Assembly (NCBI GenBank): GCA_029551285.1
Contig: JAKPFT010000081.1
Location: 18,620 to 82,619 of the forward strand
DNA length: 64,000 nucleotides
Source: a bacterium
GTDB lineage: Bacteria > Ratteibacteria > UBA8468 > B48-G9 > DSTR01
Reading direction: 5' to 3'
Made by a program: the position numbers and the translations under genes. Below the pieces are notes generated by a model. The model saw nothing but the letters and a program-made list of their open reading frames with translations, did no database searches and was not told the origin of the DNA. Position 1 is the stretch's first letter, and each line of letters begins with the position of its first letter. Below, piece after piece: positions 1 to 9,030 of this stretch.

Positions 1-22
1 TCTGCCTTCACCTGTTAAACCC

Positions 23-1345
23 ATGGAAAAAAGCTGGAGACAAATCGCCTGGTTTGGTGGATACGGTCATGATACCACCGGATACAGATACTATGGTGAT
101 AGTGTAGACGGGTTTGCACTCCATACTGAAGAAGATTTTGAAGGGTTAAAAAAGCATCTTGCAACAGGTAAATACCATAGCAATTCTTCTGGCAATGTAA
201 AACATAATGGAAGTATTTGTATTGCTTATCAAAAAGGACAGCCCTACGTTTTATATGGTTCTACATGGATGACAGGAATGGGGATGGACGAGTTTGACAC
301 TTTTGGAGGAGAGTGGCTTGGTATAACTAATTGGAAACCAAATCCAGATACAACTTTTTATGGTGATAGCAATTATGGTGGAACAATTATCTGGGATACA
401 CCAAGAGAACTATCACCTACAGCAGTAAATTTCAATAGAAGTTTTATGGAATGTTTCATATGGTATCACAAAAAACTTGTTGAAAAATGCCGACTTAATG
501 GAACATGGTGGGATAATTCTTCTATAGGACTTATCTGGGATATTGACCCAAAAACAGGTGAAAAAAAGTATAGATGGAATACTTTTCTCCGAAGAGAACT
601 TACCAAAAGATTGGCTACAATGTGCTGGGAACTTGGTGTAGAACCTTGGTGGATTATGAATATGCACATTGATTTTTCCTGGTGTAAAATTGCATGGCAT
701 GTAGAAAATGATTTTTATGTGTCCACTACTGGTATGGACCAGATAGACCAACTTTCACCTGATGAGTTTCGTTCACTTACTCGGACAAAAGGAGGAATTA
801 TCCATCGGCTCTGGACAAATATACCTGACCTGAACAATAAAGAAACTCCTGAATCTATTAAGAAACAACGGTTAAGAAGTATACAAGCACTTCTGTTTAC
901 TCATGATATTGGAACTTACTGGGGACAACCAACTGAACTTTTGCAAAAATTAAATGACCAGTTAAAATTTCTTGATGATGGAATAAATTGTGAATTTATA
1001 GGTTACTGGCGTTCTAAACCATTGGTTTCATCAGATAAACAAATACATATATCTATCTATCGGAATTTGAAATTAAACCGTGCTGCGATTGTTGTTATGA
1101 ATGCTGGTTCTGAACCAGTAAAATGTACCCTCACAATTAATCCGAAAATGTTAATGAATAATGGAAAAACTGTTATCAAGAAAATATACGATGTTGAAAA
1201 CCCTGAGGATATTCTTACTGACCCTAAAAATGGAAGTATTTTAAAAGGTATAGAAATTCCAAGGCATGATTTCCGTATTCTCCTTGTTGAAACAGAGAGA
1301 AGGCGTAATTCTAACATTGAAGGTTCTTCTATTTCAGATAATTAA
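23..1345 (+). CDS. hypothetical protein in an AT-rich gene; possible glycoside-hydrolase-like fold with a C-terminal beta-sandwich
   Basis: 440-aa ORF. Local GC is about 38% against about 55% in the rest of the window. The reading frame is open back to the window edge, so the 5' end may be truncated. Trp/Tyr/Asn-rich with no recognisable catalytic motif. Confidence 0.4.
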   Translation: MEKSWRQIAWFGGYGHDTTGYRYYGDSVDGFALHTEEDFEGLKKHLATGKYHSNSSGNVKHNGSICIAYQKGQPYVLYGSTWMTGMGMDEFDTFGGEWLGITNWKPNPDTTFYGDSNYGGTIIWDTPRELSPTAVNFNRSFMECFIWYHKKLVEKCRLNGTWWDNSSIGLIWDIDPKTGEKKYRWNTFLRRELTKRLATMCWELGVEPWWIMNMHIDFSWCKIAWHVENDFYVSTTGMDQIDQLSPDEFRSLTRTKGGIIHRLWTNIPDLNNKETPESIKKQRLRSIQALLFTHDIGTYWGQPTELLQKLNDQLKFLDDGINCEFIGYWRSKPLVSSDKQIHISIYRNLKLNRAAIVVMNAGSEPVKCTLTINPKMLMNNGKTVIKKIYDVENPEDILTDPKNGSILKGIEIPRHDFRILLVETERRRNSNIEGSSISDN

Positions 1346-1417
1346 AAACGGATTTTCCCCCTGTGTTCTCTTCTCAAAATGTGCCTTTTTTTATAAATAA
1401 GTAAGACATATACAAAA

Positions 1418-1450
1418 TGTCAATCGCTAGATAATTGACGCTGGTCAATT
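1418..1450. promoter_or_regulatory. operator-like inverted/direct repeat gtcaat-N9-attgac-N4-gtcaat
   Basis: TGTCAATcgctagataATTGACgctgGTCAATT lies in the AT-rich intergenic region upstream of tilS. Confidence 0.2.
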
Positions 1451-1708
1451 TCCGGATGTGACCGTCCAGACTGATTATCATGTACCATTTTCCCTCTGCA
1501 TGCAGTGACCGGCGGTAGTAGCACTATTGTGCTGAGGAAGTCGTGCTTAAGAGTCGCTGAATACCCGCCAGTTATGACATTTCTTGCTTCCCCGGAGTGA
1601 AATTATTTCTGCTATTCTTGGTGGTCAGAAAGAGCGTATTTTCAATTCTTAATTGGCATTCTGAGAAAGCGTTTGACTTTTAAGGTCTTGTTCCGCTATT
1701 TTATATAC

Positions 1709-2716
1709 ATGGACACACTTTTTCGCCGGGTTCTTACCTTTGCCGCAAACAATTCCCTTTTCTCCCCTGGTGAACGGCTTCTGATCGCAGTCTCTGGCGG
1801 CGCTGATTCCACCTTCCTGCTGCATTTTCTGGCCAGCGTGGCTCCGGAGAAAAAAATCAGGCTCAGAGTCGCATACATTCATCACCATCTTCGGCCTGAG
1901 GCTGACCGGGAATTGGAATTTGTAAAAAAACTATGCCTTTCCAGGAGTCTGCCCTTTTCCTGCCGCCATCTCCACCTGCCAAACCGTTCTTCCCTGGAAA
2001 ACCAGGCCAGGCTGGCTCGTTATGCTGCCCTGGCAGGTATCGCTCGACAAACCAGGTGCCAGGCTATTGCTACCGGCCACACCCTGGACGACCAGGCCGA
2101 AACAGTGCTGATGAGAATTCTGCGGGGCTGCGGCCTGGCCGGACTGAGGGGCATTCTTCCTTTCGCACCCTGTCTCCCGCGTTGCCCCGTGCCGGTGGTC
2201 CGTCCGCTTCTGGTGGTCACCCGGCAGGAAATAGAAAAATTTCTGAGAGAAAAAAATCTTCCTTTTCTTCAGGATGCCTCCAACTTCAGCCCAGAATTCT
2301 TCCGCAATAAAATCCGGCACGAAATAATCCCCTTCTTAGAAAAGTCAAGTCCACGGCTGAAATATCACCTGGCCAGAACCTCACTCCTGGCCCGGGACGA
2401 TTTTCAGATTCTGGAGAGAGAAGCCGAATCCGCTAAGACCTGTTTGTGTCGGAAAGAGAAAAACAGATTGTTTCTTGACCGACGGGGCTATCTCCTGCTT
2501 CCAGCAGGGATTCAGCGGCTCCTGCTCAGTTTAATCCTGTGCGAAATCACCGGTTGCCCTTATCGGCGTTTCTCTCAGCTGGAGACTATCCGGCAGATTA
2601 TCAGCCTGGGGAAACAGATGGAGTTTTCCCTTCCAAACAGCCTCAAACTGACGGTTAAACCGGAAAGAGTCATTTTCGCTAAAAAGTTGACCGAAAAAGC
2701 GGCTGTGGTAAAATAA
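1709..2716 (+). CDS. tilS: tRNA(Ile)-lysidine synthetase
   Basis: PP-loop motif LLIAVSGGADSTFLL (SGGxDS). The length fits TilS. Start chosen at MDTLFRR rather than the longer ORF start at 1673. Confidence 0.8.
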   Translation: MDTLFRRVLTFAANNSLFSPGERLLIAVSGGADSTFLLHFLASVAPEKKIRLRVAYIHHHLRPEADRELEFVKKLCLSRSLPFSCRHLHLPNRSSLENQARLARYAALAGIARQTRCQAIATGHTLDDQAETVLMRILRGCGLAGLRGILPFAPCLPRCPVPVVRPLLVVTRQEIEKFLREKNLPFLQDASNFSPEFFRNKIRHEIIPFLEKSSPRLKYHLARTSLLARDDFQILEREAESAKTCLCRKEKNRLFLDRRGYLLLPAGIQRLLLSLILCEITGCPYRRFSQLETIRQIISLGKQMEFSLPNSLKLTVKPERVIFAKKLTEKAAVVK

Positions 2717-2754
2717 ACGGCTACTATTATCGTATCGTCTAATAGGCGAACGCC

Positions 2755-3981
2755 ATGCGGGAACGAAAACTGCTCTGGACCGCAGCCGGAACACTCATCG
2801 TCCTGGTCAGCCTCATTCTGGTAGGAAACAGTGCCTGGCTGGTGCCTGAGTTGCCACTCAGAACGGTTTTTCTTAAGAGTGTGTGGGTGCTGACCTTGTG
2901 TGGCCTGCTTTTTCTGCTGGTATTCAAGGTTCTGGACCATTACTATCTGAAACTCAATCGCCAGGTGGGACACCTGGCCACGCTCCATGAATCCCTGCTG
3001 CACCTGAATGCTAACCTGAGCATAGAGCATCGCTGCTGCCAGGCTCTTTCCATTCTGATGGAACTAACCCGGGGCAGCAAAGGATTGTTTGTCATTCTGG
3101 ATCCTGAGCTGAAAAAATACAGTGAGGCGGAGTCCTTTTCTATTCAAAAGAGTGAGGCCAGATTTCCCCTGGCCAGTCACTTTCGCTACCAGATTTTTAC
3201 CCCCGGCCGGCTTCCGGCTGAGTCCAGACAGCAACTGGACGAACTGGTTAAAACCCACCGTTTTTCATCTTTCCCCTCAGTAATCGTCGTGCCTTTTTAC
3301 AATGAGAAAAAGACCCTGGCCATGGCAATTATCGGCAGCAACCATGGCGACCGGAAATTTTTTCTGGAATTGAATGACATCATCTCTATTCTTGTGTCTC
3401 ATGTGGTTATATCTTTTGAAAACTCCCTGCTCCACGAGGAAGTTCACGAAACTTCCATCACTGACCCGCTGACCTCGCTGTATAACCGTCGGTATTTCCG
3501 GCTGAGGTTGCAGACCACCTTTGCGGAAGCGAAAAGAATTGGCTTTCCGGTTTCGGTGATGATCTCCGACCTGGATAACTTTAAACACTACGTGGATACT
3601 TATGGACACCCGCGGGGAGATATCATCCTGGCCGAAGCTGCCAGTATCATCAAAGAGACGGTGCGCACCAGCGATATTGTCTGCCGGTTCGGGGGCGACG
3701 AGTTTGCCTACATCTTGCCTTACGCCTCTTCTCAGGAAGCCCTGACCGTGGCGGAAAGAATCAGGAAGGCAGTGGCCTCCTGTACCTTCCAGCAATCAGA
3801 AAATGACCCGCCGGTTTACCTGACCTTAAGCCTGGGTGTTGCCAGTTTTCCTGAGCATGGCGAAACCGAAGAAGAACTGTTAAAAAATGCCGACATGGCT
3901 CTTTTCTGGGCAAAATCAAAAGGAAAGGATAGAATCATTGTCTATCATCAGCCGACGGAGGTTAATCATGAATTACGTTAG
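2755..3981 (+). CDS. membrane-anchored diguanylate cyclase (GGDEF domain)
   Basis: N-terminal TM helices are followed by a sensor-like region. C-terminal GGDEF signature RFGGDEFAYILP with flanking conserved RYGGEEF-type context. Confidence 0.8.
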   Translation: MRERKLLWTAAGTLIVLVSLILVGNSAWLVPELPLRTVFLKSVWVLTLCGLLFLLVFKVLDHYYLKLNRQVGHLATLHESLLHLNANLSIEHRCCQALSILMELTRGSKGLFVILDPELKKYSEAESFSIQKSEARFPLASHFRYQIFTPGRLPAESRQQLDELVKTHRFSSFPSVIVVPFYNEKKTLAMAIIGSNHGDRKFFLELNDIISILVSHVVISFENSLLHEEVHETSITDPLTSLYNRRYFRLRLQTTFAEAKRIGFPVSVMISDLDNFKHYVDTYGHPRGDIILAEAASIIKETVRTSDIVCRFGGDEFAYILPYASSQEALTVAERIRKAVASCTFQQSENDPPVYLTLSLGVASFPEHGETEEELLKNADMALFWAKSKGKDRIIVYHQPTEVNHELR

Positions 3982-4519
3982 CGGCCCGGTCTTTTTCGTT
4001 CTGGCACTGGCAGTGCTCATGCTACTGGTCACCTTTCTGTTTTTTCTGTTCAACAAGAAAAAGGCTATCGTCTGCCTGGTGATTTCTCTCGTTTACCTTG
4101 GAGTCGCCGGCTATTACGTCTATCTGGTTCTCTTTCTACCAGGACCGGCCCAGCCGGTGACGGCAGCACTACCGGCGCCTGCGCCAGCCGCTGCTGTTCC
4201 GGATCGGCCGCAGTTGATTCTTAAGGTCAACGGTCAGGAAATTGTGGCTGAGCCTGATGATGAGTTGACCGTTGGAAAATCAGCGACCATTGAACTTATT
4301 AAGGTGGTAGCCCCGAACTGTCAGGGACCGTTGAAAGCCAACTTCGTCGGCTTTGAAGCCAGGCCCGGCGTTAATGATGGTCAGGACATCGGGGCTGTGA
4401 TTACTTATGACAGAATAGACAGGCGCCGGGCAGTGAACCGCGCTACCAACAAGTACAAAATAGAACTGAAAGACAACCAGAAAATTATCGGACGCATCTA
4501 CATAGAATTTACTGAATAA
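3968..4519 (+). CDS. hypothetical membrane-anchored protein
   Basis: ATG at 3968 (MNYVSGPVFFVLALAV...). One or two TM helices, then an Ala/Pro-rich linker. Overlaps the end of the GGDEF gene, and its stop overlaps the tmk start (TAATG). Confidence 0.45.
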   Translation: MNYVSGPVFFVLALAVLMLLVTFLFFLFNKKKAIVCLVISLVYLGVAGYYVYLVLFLPGPAQPVTAALPAPAPAAAVPDRPQLILKVNGQEIVAEPDDELTVGKSATIELIKVVAPNCQGPLKANFVGFEARPGVNDGQDIGAVITYDRIDRRRAVNRATNKYKIELKDNQKIIGRIYIEFTE

Positions 4520-5202
4520 TGTCCCCTGTTAAGCAGCCTGCCCCTGCCAGAATGTCCCGCGGGTATCTGGTAACCTTTGAAGGAATTGATGGCTGCGGAA
4601 AAAGTACTCAGGCCTTACTTTTCTGCCGCTACCTGAAAGCGAAAAAAATCCCGGTCATCCTCTTGCAGGAGCCGGGCGGAACTTTTATCGGCCAGCGCAT
4701 CCGCCGCTTGCTCCTGCACCAGCGGAAGCCTCTCACACCCTGGTGTGAACTCTTTCTTTACCTGGCCAGTCGCGCCCAGTTAGTGGAAGAAAAGGTGAAG
4801 CCAGCCTTGCTTTCCGGAAAAGTGGTAGTCCTTGACCGGCATACCGATTCCACCCTGGCCTACCAGGGATACGGAAGAAAATTACCTCTTTCCTTTATCC
4901 GGGCAGCCCACGCCTGTTTTCTCAAACGGGTGAGACCTGACCTGACCTTTTTGATTGACGCCTCTGCGGAGAAACTCTCCGGAATTCTCAGTGCTAAAGG
5001 TCGGGACCGGATGGAGCAGGAAACTCTCGCCTTCCAGAAAAGTGTCCGCCGCGGTTATTTGCACCTGGCGCGGCATGAGAAAAAACGTATCCGCGTCATA
5101 CCGCGTGAAAGTATTGCGGAAACTTCTGAGAAGATTATCAGAGAATGGGAAAGTTTCTGCCAGAAAGAAGTTTCTTCCCCGGCAAAATCAGAGAAACAAT
5201 GA
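4519..5202 (+). CDS. tmk: thymidylate kinase
   Basis: YLVTFEGIDGCGKSTQ P-loop and the DRH/LID region are typical of Tmk. An alternative start is 4552 (MSRGYLV). Confidence 0.8.
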   Translation: MSPVKQPAPARMSRGYLVTFEGIDGCGKSTQALLFCRYLKAKKIPVILLQEPGGTFIGQRIRRLLLHQRKPLTPWCELFLYLASRAQLVEEKVKPALLSGKVVVLDRHTDSTLAYQGYGRKLPLSFIRAAHACFLKRVRPDLTFLIDASAEKLSGILSAKGRDRMEQETLAFQKSVRRGYLHLARHEKKRIRVIPRESIAETSEKIIREWESFCQKEVSSPAKSEKQ

Positions 5203-6050
5203 CCCTGGAACAACTTAAATCCTTTCTTCTCCAGGCTGAGAAAAAGAACCGGCTGGCGACTTCTTATCTCCTGACCGGCGGAACTGCTTCTCTGCGGGAG
5301 CAACTGGCCATGTTTTTTTCCCAGTTGCTGGTCTGCGAAAAAGAAAGCCAAAAACCGTGCGGCCGTTGTTTAGCCTGTCGCCAGGCTAAAAAGCAACAGC
5401 ATCCTGACCTTCACTGGATTGTGCCGGAGAAGGGTAGCCTGGGTATTGACGAAGTGAGGAAGGTGAAGGAGGACATCTACCTGCGGCCATTTTCTGGAAA
5501 CCGAAAAGGTTACCTTTTTTTTGTGGAGCTGATGAAAGAGGAGGCCGCCAATTCTTTTTTGAAAATTCTGGAGGAACCACCCCTGTACGGTTCCATGATT
5601 ATTATCACCGCTAACATCCACAATTTTCTGCCGACGATTATCTCCCGGTGCCAGCCGCTGAAAATCAACTATGGTCTTCCCGAGTTTAACAAAGCCATGA
5701 AAGAAAGCCACCGGCGCTGCCTTTCTCTTCTCTCGGCGTTACAGCGGGATTCTCTCAGGTCTTTTTTTGAGGAGTTAGAGGCGCTGATAAAAAATCTTGA
5801 CCGGCAGGAGGTGGAGAAATGGCTGGAAAACATTCTCTGGCTTTATCGCGACCAGTTGCTGCGGAAACATCATTTTACCGGTAACCTCTTGCTAACCGAA
5901 GAAAGTTATGATATCCTTCAGGTAAGAGCCGACTTACTGGAAAAAACAGAGTTAATTCTGGAGATGAAGCAGCGGATAAGGCTCAACATTAACCTGAGAA
6001 TTGCGCTGGAGTATCTTTTTGTGGAACTGGCGGTACCGTCGGTAACATAA
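5199..6050 (+). CDS. holB: DNA polymerase III delta' subunit
   Basis: The gene sits immediately after tmk, the conserved bacterial order. Motifs: ATSYLLTGG, a zinc-module CxxC (CGRCLAC), and a clamp-loader AAA+ fold. Start MTLEQL overlaps the tmk stop (ATGA). Confidence 0.7.
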   Translation: MTLEQLKSFLLQAEKKNRLATSYLLTGGTASLREQLAMFFSQLLVCEKESQKPCGRCLACRQAKKQQHPDLHWIVPEKGSLGIDEVRKVKEDIYLRPFSGNRKGYLFFVELMKEEAANSFLKILEEPPLYGSMIIITANIHNFLPTIISRCQPLKINYGLPEFNKAMKESHRRCLSLLSALQRDSLRSFFEELEALIKNLDRQEVEKWLENILWLYRDQLLRKHHFTGNLLLTEESYDILQVRADLLEKTELILEMKQRIRLNINLRIALEYLFVELAVPSVT

Positions 6051-6062
6051 AAGATTTTTCAG

Positions 6063-6145
6063 CCGAAGTGGCGGAATTGGCAGACGCGCTAGGTTCAGGA
6101 CCTAGTGGAGGAAACTCCGTTGGGGTTCGACTCCCCACTTCGGCA
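6063..6145 (+). tRNA. tRNA-Leu (anticodon CAG)
   Basis: Acceptor stem gccgaag/cttcggc. D-arm, anticodon stem ctagg/cctag with loop ttCAGga, long variable arm, T-arm ggttcgactcc, and discriminator A. Confidence 0.8.
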
Positions 6146-6218
6146 TTTCTTTTTGGCTACCCTAAAACTATCCCTTAACTGAGCGGGGAAGTTTAACTAC
6201 TTACTGATAAACCGGCCT

Positions 6219-7631
6219 TCATTTTCCTAAAAGACGGGCAGGCAGTTTGACCAGAAAGGTAGCACCTTTGCCTGGTTCCGAACGAACCTCCACGGTCCCG
6301 CCATGTTCCTTCGCCACCTTCTGAACAATGGCCAGACCAAAACCTGTCCCCCGGGCACCCTTGGTAGAATAGAACAGGTCAAAAATTCTTCCCTGAACCT
6401 CCGGTTTGATGCCGCAGCCGTTGTCCCTCACCCACACACTGACTGTTTTCGCTTCAGGGTCATATCTGGTACCCAGATAGATTTTGCCTTTACCTTTTTC
6501 CACCGCGTCCAGGGCATTGTCCAGCAGGTTAGCCACGGCTCGCTCCATCCGTACCGAATCCACCAGCACCACAGGAAGTTTATCGTCCAGTTCTTTCTTC
6601 AGTTTCGCCTGCTTCTCCTTAAACCGCTCCTTCATTCCGGCGGCTACCTCAGCCACCAGGCTGTTCAGATTGGTGGGTTTTAGCTCCGGTTCCCGCTGAC
6701 GGGAGTAATCCACCATAGACAGCACCAGTTCTTTCAGGCGCTGGTAACTGCGTTTAACGACAGAGTATCCTAATTGAAATGTTTCCGGCCTGTTTTCCCT
6801 GTGTCCGACTTCCAGAAGATTAAGTCCCCCCTCCAGGTTACTAAGAATGTTCCTCATATCATGAGACAGCCCGGCAATTGTCTGGCCAATCACCACCAGC
6901 TGTTTGTCCCGGAGCATCTGCTGATGGAGCTTGATGTTGCTCAGCATAAAACCGACCACGGCTGTCCCGGCCACGGCTAAACTGATTTCCTCCGGACGAA
7001 ACGACTTCTCCTCGCGGCGACCCATCATAAACAGACCAAATCGTTCTGAGGTGGAACGCAGCGGTATGGAGACAACAGTGTAGAAATGGCCATCAATTCT
7101 TGTGTTTTCACGGATTAATTCTTCTCCTTTATCAAAATCTTCCTCAGCCACCCTATCCAGTGCGGTTAAGCGGTCTTCCCACTCCGGTGGATGTCTAAAT
7201 GCCGGTAACAGCCGACCTTCGGCAGACTTTGTATAGGCGACCACAAAGTCGGGTTTAAGAAACTGAATCGTTCTCCGGCATAAGATTTCAATAAGGGTCA
7301 ACTCATTTTCCAGGCTGGCCACCCGCTCAGCCAGATTCTGGGCAAAAAGCATCTCACTGAAAAAGGCAAACAAACCCTTTTCCGCATCCCGGGCTTCTTC
7401 AATCAAACTGTCCACAAAACCATCCACCACCGAGACAATTTCTTTTCTGGCAGACTGGCCTTCTAACTTTCTCATAAGCTCGTCCAGTCGGTCAGCCATA
7501 AAAGAAAGCGGCAGAGTCACCGGCCTGGCAATTGTTTCTACGGCTTCTTTAATTTTTTCAGACGTTTTCTTCTTAACCATTTTGCCTTTTCTCCAGTTAA
7601 CTTCCTGTAGAAAAAAGGTAATCTTACACAA
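6219..7631 (-). CDS. cytoplasmic sensor histidine kinase (GAF-like sensor + HisKA + HATPase_c)
   Basis: H-box LSHDMRNILSNL. N, G1 and G2 boxes (DNALDA, DNGCGI, GTGFGLAIV). No TM segment. No response regulator is adjacent. Confidence 0.75.
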   Translation of the reverse strand: MCKITFFLQEVNWRKGKMVKKKTSEKIKEAVETIARPVTLPLSFMADRLDELMRKLEGQSARKEIVSVVDGFVDSLIEEARDAEKGLFAFFSEMLFAQNLAERVASLENELTLIEILCRRTIQFLKPDFVVAYTKSAEGRLLPAFRHPPEWEDRLTALDRVAEEDFDKGEELIRENTRIDGHFYTVVSIPLRSTSERFGLFMMGRREEKSFRPEEISLAVAGTAVVGFMLSNIKLHQQMLRDKQLVVIGQTIAGLSHDMRNILSNLEGGLNLLEVGHRENRPETFQLGYSVVKRSYQRLKELVLSMVDYSRQREPELKPTNLNSLVAEVAAGMKERFKEKQAKLKKELDDKLPVVLVDSVRMERAVANLLDNALDAVEKGKGKIYLGTRYDPEAKTVSVWVRDNGCGIKPEVQGRIFDLFYSTKGARGTGFGLAIVQKVAKEHGGTVEVRSEPGKGATFLVKLPARLLGK

Positions 7632-7784
7632 CCCCGGACCTTAGAGGTTTTTTCAGGAGGCCCTGCCAGCGGCACATTACAGGGGTTGGCCACTTCCGTT
7701 TCGGTTCGGGCCGGCCACCGGCGCTGGACAGCCTCCCTTCTTGTGGCTTACCCAGGGGGCTTGTGCCAGAAAAGAAAGTGAATA

Positions 7785-7857
7785 TGGGCGGTACAGGACT
7801 TGAACCTGTGACCTCCTCCGTGTGAGGGAGGCGCTCTATCCACTGAGCCAACCGCCC
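7785..7857 (-). tRNA. tRNA-Val (anticodon CAC)
   Basis: The reverse complement gggcggttggctcagtggatagagcgcctccCTCACACggaggaggtcacaggttcaagtcctgtaccgccca folds as a cloverleaf. T-loop GGTTCAAGTCC. Confidence 0.8.
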
Positions 7858-7928
7858 GGGTTCTGCCTTCCTGTTAGTTGTGAATATTTTACCCTGGTCC
7901 GGAAAGAATGCCAAAACCGGCTCAGCTT

Positions 7929-9011
7929 TCATTCCCTGAGCAGAGTTTTCAAACTGCGGCGATAAGGTGGCCGAATGATACCTTTTTCGGTGATAAAACC
8001 CGCGATGAACCTGGCCGGGGTGATATCAAAGGCGGGATTATAAACCTTCGTTCCTTCAGGGGCTAACCTGTATCCGTGAATGGTAGTCACTTCTTCAGCG
8101 GCTCTTTCTTCCACTGGAATGGCCTGGCCGTCAGGCAGTTCAGGATGGAAAGTGGAAAGCGGCGCCGCTACATAAAAGGGGAGATGATGCCGGTGGGCCG
8201 CCAGGGCTAACTGATAAGTGCCAATTTTATTAGCGGTATCCCCGTTGCCGGCAATCCGGTCCGCCCCGACCACGACCAGGTCAACTTTGCCTTGCGCCAT
8301 AAGAAAAGCAGCCATGCTGTCGCAGATTAAGGTGCAGGGAATGCCGGCTTTCTTCAATTCGTAAGCCGTCAGTCTGGCACCCTGAAGAACTGGCCTGGTT
8401 TCATCAACGTACACATGAAAGTTGACCCCGTGTCTTACCGCAGCGTAACAGAGTGATAAGGCAGTGCCGAAACCGGAGGTGGCCAGAGCGCCGGCGTTGC
8501 AGTGAGTGAGAAGATTGCTGTTGGGTTTTACCAGTCGCCAGCCATACTCACCGATGCTCCATCCAGACCGAAGGTCTTCCTGGTGAAACGTCCGGGCCTC
8601 ACAGAGAAGAGCCGCGACCAGTTCCTCAGAAGTTCCCTTAACACAGGCCAGCACTTTTTCCATACGGTCCAGGGCATAGAAAAGGTTGTATGCGGTGGGT
8701 CTGGCCTGCCGCAGCCGGGCAATGGTCCTGGCAACCTCTGTCCGCAACCTGCCCGGTGGGCTATGAAGGTATTTTTTCGCGGCCAGCACCACCCCGTAGG
8801 CGGCCGCCACACCAATAGCCGGAGCCCCGCGCACCTTCAGGGAACGAATGGCCTGGTATACCTGGCTGGCCCTGTCCAGCCGGAGAATTTTTTCCTGTCC
8901 TGGCAGCAGAGACTGGTCCAGAAGACACAAAACTTTCCCGTCCCACCACAGTGGACGCAAGGGTGGTTCCGGTAAGTTTTGACTTTTTCCCTTTCTGGTG
9001 GAGCCCGCCAT
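7929..9011 (-). CDS. mtnA: S-methyl-5-thioribose-1-phosphate isomerase (eIF-2B alpha/beta/delta family)
   Basis: LRLDRASQVYQAIRSLKVRGAPAIGVAAAYGVVLAA and C-terminal GADRIAANGDTANKIGTYQLA are family signatures. Start chosen at MAGS; the longer ORF runs to 9059. Confidence 0.75.
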   Translation of the reverse strand: MAGSTRKGKSQNLPEPPLRPLWWDGKVLCLLDQSLLPGQEKILRLDRASQVYQAIRSLKVRGAPAIGVAAAYGVVLAAKKYLHSPPGRLRTEVARTIARLRQARPTAYNLFYALDRMEKVLACVKGTSEELVAALLCEARTFHQEDLRSGWSIGEYGWRLVKPNSNLLTHCNAGALATSGFGTALSLCYAAVRHGVNFHVYVDETRPVLQGARLTAYELKKAGIPCTLICDSMAAFLMAQGKVDLVVVGADRIAGNGDTANKIGTYQLALAAHRHHLPFYVAAPLSTFHPELPDGQAIPVEERAAEEVTTIHGYRLAPEGTKVYNPAFDITPARFIAGFITEKGIIRPPYRRSLKTLLRE

Positions 9012-9030
9012 TTTTCCCCCTGAAAGCTGA

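Noticed and set aside
1931-2320. Overlapping + and - ORFs of about 125 aa inside tilS
   Set aside because: Pro/Gly/Arg-rich frameshift-type artefacts within a gene whose main frame carries the SGGxDS PP-loop motif.
7624-7932. 102-aa ORF on the minus strand
   Set aside because: It reads straight through the tRNA-Val gene (7785..7857) on the same strand, so it is a spurious ORF.
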